24,000 nt of DNA from an uncultured Verrucomicrobiae bacterium (GTDB lineage: Bacteria; Verrucomicrobiota; Verrucomicrobiia; Palsa-1439), in the NCBI GenBank assembly GCA_963766065.1, contig CAVYAC010000061.1, positions 74,090 to 98,089 of the forward strand, written 5' to 3'. The position numbers and the translations under genes were made by a program. The first letter of the stretch is position 1. Each line of letters begins with the position of its first letter. Below, one piece after another: positions 18,152-24,000 of this stretch. The notes under the pieces were generated by a model. It did no database searches. It had not been told where the DNA came from and saw nothing but the letters and a program-made list of their open reading frames with translations.

Positions 18152-20434
18152 TCAGCTCTCGCGAATCTCACACTTCAACGTCTGCACCAACGAACGTTTC
18201 AACTGTTCATGCGCCCCGTTGACCTCCGCATCCGTCAGTGTCCTGTCGGCCGCGCGGAACGTCAACGAGTACGCCATTGATTTCTTTCCCGTCGCTATCG
18301 AACCCCCGGTATAAATATCAAAAAGCTCGACCTTTTCCAAGACTTTATTTCGACCCGTTTCGATGGCCCCCACGATTTCGGCATGCGACACCGTGTCATT
18401 GACCACTAGGGCCATATCACGCACCACGGCGGGGAACTTGGGCAATTCACGGAAGGTCTTTTCTCGTGTTTGCGACACCAGCAAGGCTCCCAGATCGAGT
18501 TCCGCGACGTACACCGCATCACGCAGGTCGAGTTTCTTGGCTTGAATCGGCGTAATCTGTCGGATCTCGGCGCTGACGGGTGCCCCTACCGCGTCCCCCA
18601 CCTCTTCCATGGCGCCTTTTACGTCATAATAATCCAGCTTGGCTTCCCGCGTGCCTGTCTCCCAGGAATCCGGTACGCGCCGCCCGGTGACTGCCAGCGC
18701 GAGGCACAACGATTCCTTCCCATTCGCCGCAAACACGCGGCCGATTTCAAAAAGCTTCACGTCGTACTCGTGACGCGAGACGTTCGTGCGCAGGTTTGCC
18801 AACAAACCCGGGACGAGCGAGTGACGTAGCGCCTGCTGGTCCGCACTCAACGGATTCTGCAGCTTCAGCTCGCCCTCGCCCACCAGCGTCTGGTTCTGCG
18901 CCTCGTGGAATCCGAGCGCCGTCAACACCTGTCGCACTTTCGCCCGCGCATCCCACTGCTTGTCAAATTCCGAAACGGTCGCAATTGATGGCTGCCGTTT
19001 CGCCGGTATCTTCTCGACGCCGCAAATGCGGCACACTTCCTCGATCAGATCGACCTCGCGCTCCAGATCCACGCGGTACGTTGGCACTTCGACTTCGCAT
19101 GACTGGGCATCCGACGAGAGAATTGCCAGGGAAAGGCCCGTGAAAATCTTCTTCACCGTCTCCGACGGCACGTCGACGCCCAGCAGGCGGTTCACCTGAG
19201 CATACCGGCATCGCACCCGCCGTTTCTCGATCGGTTTCGCAAGCGTGTCGATAATCCCGGTCGCCACCTGTCCGCCGGCCAATTGCTGGATCAACTGCGC
19301 CGCGCGGTTGCTCGCCCAGATGACGCCGTCAATATCCGCGCCGCGCTCGAATCGGTAGCTCGAATCACTCGACAGCCCGCACTGCTTGGAAGTCTTGCGG
19401 ACGTTGGCGGGCAGGAACCAGGCACTCTCCAGCAATACGTCCGTGGTGCCGTCGTGGATCTCACTGTCCTTGCCGCCCATAATGCCCGCCAGCGCCACCG
19501 CGCGGTTCGCATCGGCGATGACCAGCATGTCGCCGGTCAACGCGATCACGCTTCCGTCGATGGCCAGGAATTTTTCGCCCTTCGCCGCGCGGCGCACCAC
19601 GATGCGATGCTCCGCCAACCGATTGTAATCGAACGCATGCAACGGATGACCGCATTCGAGCAACACGTAGTTGGTCACATCCACCACGTTGTTGACTGAC
19701 CGCACGCCGATCCTTTCCAGAAGTTGTTTCAACCACGAGGGACTCGGGCCGATTTTCACGCCACGGATGACGCGCGCCGTGTAACGCGGGCACAGATCGA
19801 GTGATTCAACTTTGACGAAAGTGAGCTTTTCGACCGGGTCCCCCGACTCTTCAACAGCCACCGCAGGAAGCTTCAACAGCTTCCCACTGAGCGCGCTGAT
19901 CTCGCGGGCAATGCCGATGACGCTAAGCCAGTCGGGCCGGTTTGGCGTGACTTCGATGTCAAACACGGTGTCCGTCCCGCCGAGGGCGTCGCTGACCTTG
20001 ATGCCAATCGGTGTGTCGGCGGGCAAAATCAGCAACCCGTCCTCACCCTTCGGTAGGCCCAGCTCTTCTGCCGAGCACATCATGCCTTGCGATTCGACAC
20101 CGCGCAATTTGGCTTCTTTGATCGTCATGCCACTAGGCATCGTCACGCCCGGCAACGCCAACGGCACTTTGTCGCCGACCTTGTAGTTCTTCGCGCCGCA
20201 GACGATCTGGCGTTCGCCGTGGCCGTCAGTGACCCGGCATACTGAAAGCTTGTCCGCGTTTGGATGCTTGTCGCTGGAAAGAACCTGGCAGACGATGACC
20301 TGCTGGAGCACACCGCCCCCAACAGTTGTCATGTCTTCCACCTCAATTCCCGCAAAGGTCAGTTTGTCGGCCAATTCCGCGGGCGACCAATCGACATCGA
20401 CGTACTGCTTGAGCCAGTTGTAGGTGAATCTCAT
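18152..20434 (-). CDS. pheT: Phenylalanyl-tRNA synthetase beta subunit
   Basis: 760 aa; MRFTYNWLKQYVD, tRNA-binding-like domain VVCQVLSSDKHPNADKLSVCRVTDG, B3/B4 region PNRPDWLSVIGIAREIS, and C-terminal anticodon-binding-like domain ending YSLTFRAADRTLTDAEVNGAHEQL. Confidence 0.96.
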   Translation of the reverse strand: MRFTYNWLKQYVDVDWSPAELADKLTFAGIEVEDMTTVGGGVLQQVIVCQVLSSDKHPNADKLSVCRVTDGHGERQIVCGAKNYKVGDKVPLALPGVTMPSGMTIKEAKLRGVESQGMMCSAEELGLPKGEDGLLILPADTPIGIKVSDALGGTDTVFDIEVTPNRPDWLSVIGIAREISALSGKLLKLPAVAVEESGDPVEKLTFVKVESLDLCPRYTARVIRGVKIGPSPSWLKQLLERIGVRSVNNVVDVTNYVLLECGHPLHAFDYNRLAEHRIVVRRAAKGEKFLAIDGSVIALTGDMLVIADANRAVALAGIMGGKDSEIHDGTTDVLLESAWFLPANVRKTSKQCGLSSDSSYRFERGADIDGVIWASNRAAQLIQQLAGGQVATGIIDTLAKPIEKRRVRCRYAQVNRLLGVDVPSETVKKIFTGLSLAILSSDAQSCEVEVPTYRVDLEREVDLIEEVCRICGVEKIPAKRQPSIATVSEFDKQWDARAKVRQVLTALGFHEAQNQTLVGEGELKLQNPLSADQQALRHSLVPGLLANLRTNVSRHEYDVKLFEIGRVFAANGKESLCLALAVTGRRVPDSWETGTREAKLDYYDVKGAMEEVGDAVGAPVSAEIRQITPIQAKKLDLRDAVYVAELDLGALLVSQTREKTFRELPKFPAVVRDMALVVNDTVSHAEIVGAIETGRNKVLEKVELFDIYTGGSIATGKKSMAYSLTFRAADRTLTDAEVNGAHEQLKRSLVQTLKCEIRES

Positions 20435-20468
20435 TGGAGTTGCACTCTACCGATTCCCGTGGTAACCC

Positions 20469-20502
20469 GCAAGCACCTAGCTTGCATGCACTTTGTGCTT
20501 GC
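20469..20502. promoter_or_regulatory. Inverted repeat between divergent pheT and PEP-CTERM genes
   Basis: GCAAGCAC (20469..20476) and GTGCTTGC (20495..20502), 8 bp arms with 18 nt spacer containing TTGCATGCA. Confidence 0.35.
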
Positions 20503-20722
20503 AATTCTGCTAAATGCTATTGTACAAAAATCGCCAGTACTCGGAGTTTACGCAGGAGCGGTGATGGCGAGCACCTATCTCTTGGGAAACAGGTTGGCTG
20601 GCTTGATCGACATGACAATGTCGAAGGCTCATGATTTCGTCCATCGTTCGACCCACACGGGTCTGGCGGCTGGTATCTGCGAATTGCGTGAAGCTTCTTG
20701 AGCGTGGGGAGGACGTTTCGTT

Positions 20723-21969
20723 ATGAAGATTAGCGCCCGTTCTTCAGGTTTGGCATTCATCTCTACTCTTACCCTAGCTATCGTGGCGATCAGTTCGACG
20801 GCTCACGCCGTGGGCGTCAGCTTCGATCAGGTCAGTTGGGGTAATGGCAGTGGAGGTTACGAGGATCAGAATTCACAATGGGGAGAGGCAACCGTGAATT
20901 TTTCGCCCGCGGATGCCGGCTCGCTCTCTGCCTTCGGATCCGGGTACATCGGCTTTGTGAACATTGTCACCTCGGTAGGTGGTGGTAGCAACAACAACTG
21001 GGCCGTTCAGAATATGCCCGTGGTCTTCGATCAGGCGAGCGAGCTGGGAAACGAATTGCCGGTGACCTACCAGTTCGACCTCGGCCAGACGGATGGGTTG
21101 ACCGTGAGTAGTTTGAACTATTCCCTTACGCTCTCACCGTTTGAAGTAGGCAGCGAGCCAGGCGGGCCGCTCACGAGCGCGTCCGTGGTGGCCGCAACCG
21201 ACGTCCAGGGAACAACGGCCGCTTCAGGGGCGGAAGGTGACGAAGAGGGGGGTCCGGAACGGATACGGAAGGTGCGGGTGTATCGAGCGCCTCGGCGTTA
21301 ACGGCAGGTCGGGGTGGAATCGCCACCGCAGACAAGAATATCGCCGTCGTTGCCGAACAGGTCAATGGCTGCGCACCCGGCGCGGCGGCGCGGTCCATCA
21401 AGTATCTTCAGAGCATGTACCCTTCGCTCAACGTCACTCAGACCGCGCAGCAGGTGTACGGCACGTTGACCAATTTGATGCAGAGTTGGACCGGGCCGCG
21501 CAGCAGCGGCACGCTACCGGGCAACTTCGTCTCCGGCAAGAACCTGTATTTCACGACGAACAATCTGGCAATCGCGCCCACGGTGGTCACCAACAATTTC
21601 GCCGCGGCGATCAGCGCGCTAAGTTCCACGGGTGACGTGGAATTGGGCGTAAACTGGGGAACCAACGGCGGTGGTCACTGCGTGTTCGTCACCGGTATCA
21701 CCACGCTGTACACCAACGGCGTCCCCTACCGGTACGTCGTGAACGCCATTCAGGATCCCAATCAGGGTGGCAACTCGACCAATAACGAGAGTGTCACCTA
21801 CACCTTCGATACCAGCGGTAACTTCGTGAACCGCAGTGGGGGCGTCAACAGCTTCCGCATCGAGATGGCCACGGTTCCAGAGCCGAGCAGTCTGGCGATG
21901 GGGGCCCTGGGCTTGGGAGCCCTTGGGTTGTCGCTGATCTATCGGCGGCCGAAGCGAAATCGCCCGTAG
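20723..21969 (+). CDS. Secreted PEP-CTERM protein with C39/papain-like cysteine peptidase-like C-terminal region; contains a frameshift near 21247..21252
   Basis: RBS-like GGGGAGG upstream; signal peptide MKISARSSGLAFISTLTLAIVAISSTAHA in the first frame. The reading shifts at a G6 run to SGTDTEGAGVSSASALTAGRGGIATADKNIAVVAEQVNGCAPGAAARSIKYLQSMYPSLNVTQ...GGGHCVFVTGI...VVNAIQDPNQG, ending in TVPEPSSLAMGALGLGALGLSLIYRRPKRNRP. Confidence 0.7.
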
Positions 21970-21989
21970 CCTGTCTGTAAACCAAATTA

Positions 21990-22030
21990 ACCACAACTCC
22001 CGAGGCGCCAAGCGCTTCGGGAGTTGTGGT
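21990..22030. terminator. Strong hairpin terminator between convergent PEP-CTERM gene and pheS
   Basis: ACCACAACTCCCGA (21990..22003) pairs perfectly with TCGGGAGTTGTGGT (22017..22030), 14 bp stem and 13 nt loop; followed by TTG on plus and AATT on the minus side. Confidence 0.8.
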
Positions 22031-22057
22031 TTGTAGAAATCCCGTGATCAACGTGGG

Positions 22058-23097
22058 CTAAAACTGCTCCAGGAATCTCACGTCATTCTCGGTGAACAGG
22101 CGGATGTCGTTGATAGACCACATGATCATGGCGAGGCGGTCGATGCCGAAGCCGAACGCCCAGCCGGTGTACTCGTCGTCGGGATAGCCGACGGCCTTGA
22201 AGACGTTGGGGTCGACCATGCCGCAGCCGGCAATCTCGATCCATTCCTTCCCGCGGGCGCGGAACTGCGGCGTCGACAAATCAATTTCGAAACTCGGCTC
22301 GGTGTACGGGAAGAAATGCGGTCGGAACCGCACTTCGGTCTCGGGCGACAGCAGTTGTTTGAAGAAGAACTCCACCGTGCCTTTGAGGTCGGCGACGGTC
22401 ACGTTCTTGTCCACGTACAGGCCTTCGATCTGATGGAATGTTGGGCTGTGCGTGGCATCCAGTTCATCGCGGCGGAAGACCCGACCCGGTGCCACGATGC
22501 GGATCGGCGGTTTCTGCTTCAGCATCGTGCGAATCTGCACAGGCGACGTGTGCGTGCGCAGCAAATAGCGGCCGAGCTTTGGGTCGGGCGGCACCGCCTT
22601 GTCGTCGATGTACAGCGTGTCCTGCATGTCGCGCGCGGGATGGTTGGCGGGTGTGTTCAGTGCGTCGAAACAATGCCATTCGTCCTCGATTTCGGGTCCG
22701 TCCTCGACCGCGAATCCCATGCGGCGAAAAATCTCGACCGTGCGCTCGAAAACCTGGGTGAGCGGATGCTGGTGGCCGATGTGGTGGCGCGGCCCGGCAA
22801 TGTCACGTCGATGGCCGGCCCCGAGGACGCGGCTTTCGCTTCCAATTCCTCGCGCTTCGCTTCGATGGCTCCCGTGAGCGCAGTCTTCACCTCGTTGGCC
22901 AGCTTGCCAATGCGCGGCTTCTCGTCTCTGGGAAGTTTGCCCAATTGTTCCAAGGCGGCGGATACGACCCCGCTGCGGCCAAGGTACCGGGCCTTGAGTT
23001 GGTCAAGGGACGGAAGGTCGGCGCAAGCAGCGAGCGCGGCCTCAGCCTCGGCGCGGGCGGACTGAAGTTGTTGTTCCAATTCGGTCATACGATCCAT
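22058..23097 (-). CDS. pheS: Phenylalanyl-tRNA synthetase alpha subunit, frame broken near 22785..22792
   Basis: [19 protein letters not shown]...[38 protein letters not shown]...DVTLPGR in ORF 22657..23097; continues in another frame [57 protein letters not shown]...[29 protein letters not shown]. Confidence 0.93.
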
Positions 23098-23101
23098 AAC
23101 C

Positions 23102-24000
23102 CTATGGAATTGTCACAGGATTCGCAAGCCCGCGTTCGCCAGTGGTATCAACCAATCGCATCGAGATATCCGTCGCGCGGAGGAGATCTCTCTCGCTGGG
23201 CGTAAATTCCTCATACTGGTACGGCGCAAACTGCATCGGGTGCGCAAAGCGGAACACGATAACACCCGTGGGAGGGGTTTTCGCGCCATGAATCCGTGCC
23301 AGGTATTGCGCGTTCAAAAGCACGTATCGTGTCGGTTGCCCGGCCACTCCCAAAGGGGCAAATTCATCCTCCATCTTGGGGCAGTCAATCGTGGTCGCTT
23401 CGGAAAATGCCCCGTACTCCGCAGCGACGAGACGTTCAACGTCGCATGGAAACCATTGCTGCAGCGGAACGCGAAAATTCCATGCCGCTTGCAGAATCAA
23501 CAGGATAATTCCCATCTGGAGGATTCGTTTTCCCGCAACCGTGCGGGCCATGTCCCAAAGACGCCCGGCCGTAAACGCCCCAATCAAACAAAGGAACGGA
23601 ACCAATTGACGGGCCGTGCGCCCGTACACAACGAACCTGTGAAGCACCACGCTGCTGAGAATCAGCAATACATACAGGGTGCCAACCATCGCGATCCAGG
23701 TCAATCCGTAGGCGGCCATCGGTCGGCCTGTTCTCGCCGCCCAAAGAATCCATACCAATGCCGCCAGCCAAAAAATCAACAGCCCGTGTTCCGCGTACCA
23801 GAGATACGTCCACGGCGCCGACCATCCTTCCGCGTACATCTGGGGCGGCGTGATTGCGGCAAAGGACACGACTCCCTGCAAGAAAGATCGTCCGAACACC
23901 ACCTCGCGACCGACGGCAAACATCCCGAGCCATGTCACCGCCCCGATTACGAACCACAGCAGCCGATAGCCAGCTTCTCGTACGCTGGCAACCTTCCGTA
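23102..24000 (-). CDS. Polytopic membrane protein, possibly glycosyltransferase-39-like or other membrane glycan enzyme (partial; 5' end outside window)
   Basis: Open frame continues to the window edge upstream of 23938 (VASVREAGYRLLWFVIGAVTWLGMF). Multiple TM segments and VLHRFVVYGRTARQLVPFLCLIGAFTAGRLWD. Confidence 0.55.
   Translation of the reverse strand, partial: RKVASVREAGYRLLWFVIGAVTWLGMFAVGREVVFGRSFLQGVVSFAAITPPQMYAEGWSAPWTYLWYAEHGLLIFWLAALVWILWAARTGRPMAAYGLTWIAMVGTLYVLLILSSVVLHRFVVYGRTARQLVPFLCLIGAFTAGRLWDMARTVAGKRILQMGIILLILQAAWNFRVPLQQWFPCDVERLVAAEYGAFSEATTIDCPKMEDEFAPLGVAGQPTRYVLLNAQYLARIHGAKTPPTGVIVFRFAHPMQFAPYQYEEFTPSERDLLRATDISMRLVDTTGERGLANPVTIP

Noticed and set aside
17929-18222. 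97 aa plus-strand ORF in the pheT-rarA spacer
   Set aside because: No recognisable motif, weak start context and overlap with the pheT 3' end; not supported as coding.
20264-20701. 145 aa plus-strand ORF before the PEP-CTERM gene
   Set aside because: Half of it is antisense to the pheT N-terminus; no motif support.

Overview
This 24 kb window is a gene-dense, GC-rich bacterial chromosome segment. The mix of a PEP-CTERM protein, an STN-like protein and an HTH-EIIA fusion suggests Verrucomicrobiota or a related PVC lineage (inference only). Most genes are housekeeping or metabolic: a DUF2148 protein, an HTH-PTS EIIA fusion, an MFS transporter, a Gfo/Idh/MocA oxidoreductase, thiC with an upstream TPP riboswitch and predicted terminator, an IscA/ErpA-like protein, a MEMO-family protein, bioA (interrupted), bioF, an STN-like protein (frameshifted), an amidohydrolase, a YmdB-type phosphoesterase, rny, a 5-FTHF cyclo-ligase, rarA, pheT, pheS (frameshifted) and a partial membrane protein. 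The best candidate for something under-described is the orphan protein at 3694..4869. It carries an HNH-like domain whose expected catalytic His is Tyr, followed by two PD-(D/E)XK-like nuclease segments. The second most interesting item is a PEP-CTERM protein with a Cys/His/Asp arrangement like papain/C39 proteases, placed between pheT and pheS. At least four genes (bioA, the STN gene, the PEP-CTERM gene, pheS) contain single-base frame lesions. Because pheS is essential, sequence or assembly error is the leading explanation for several of them. No CRISPR array, tRNA, rRNA, transposase or integrase was found.
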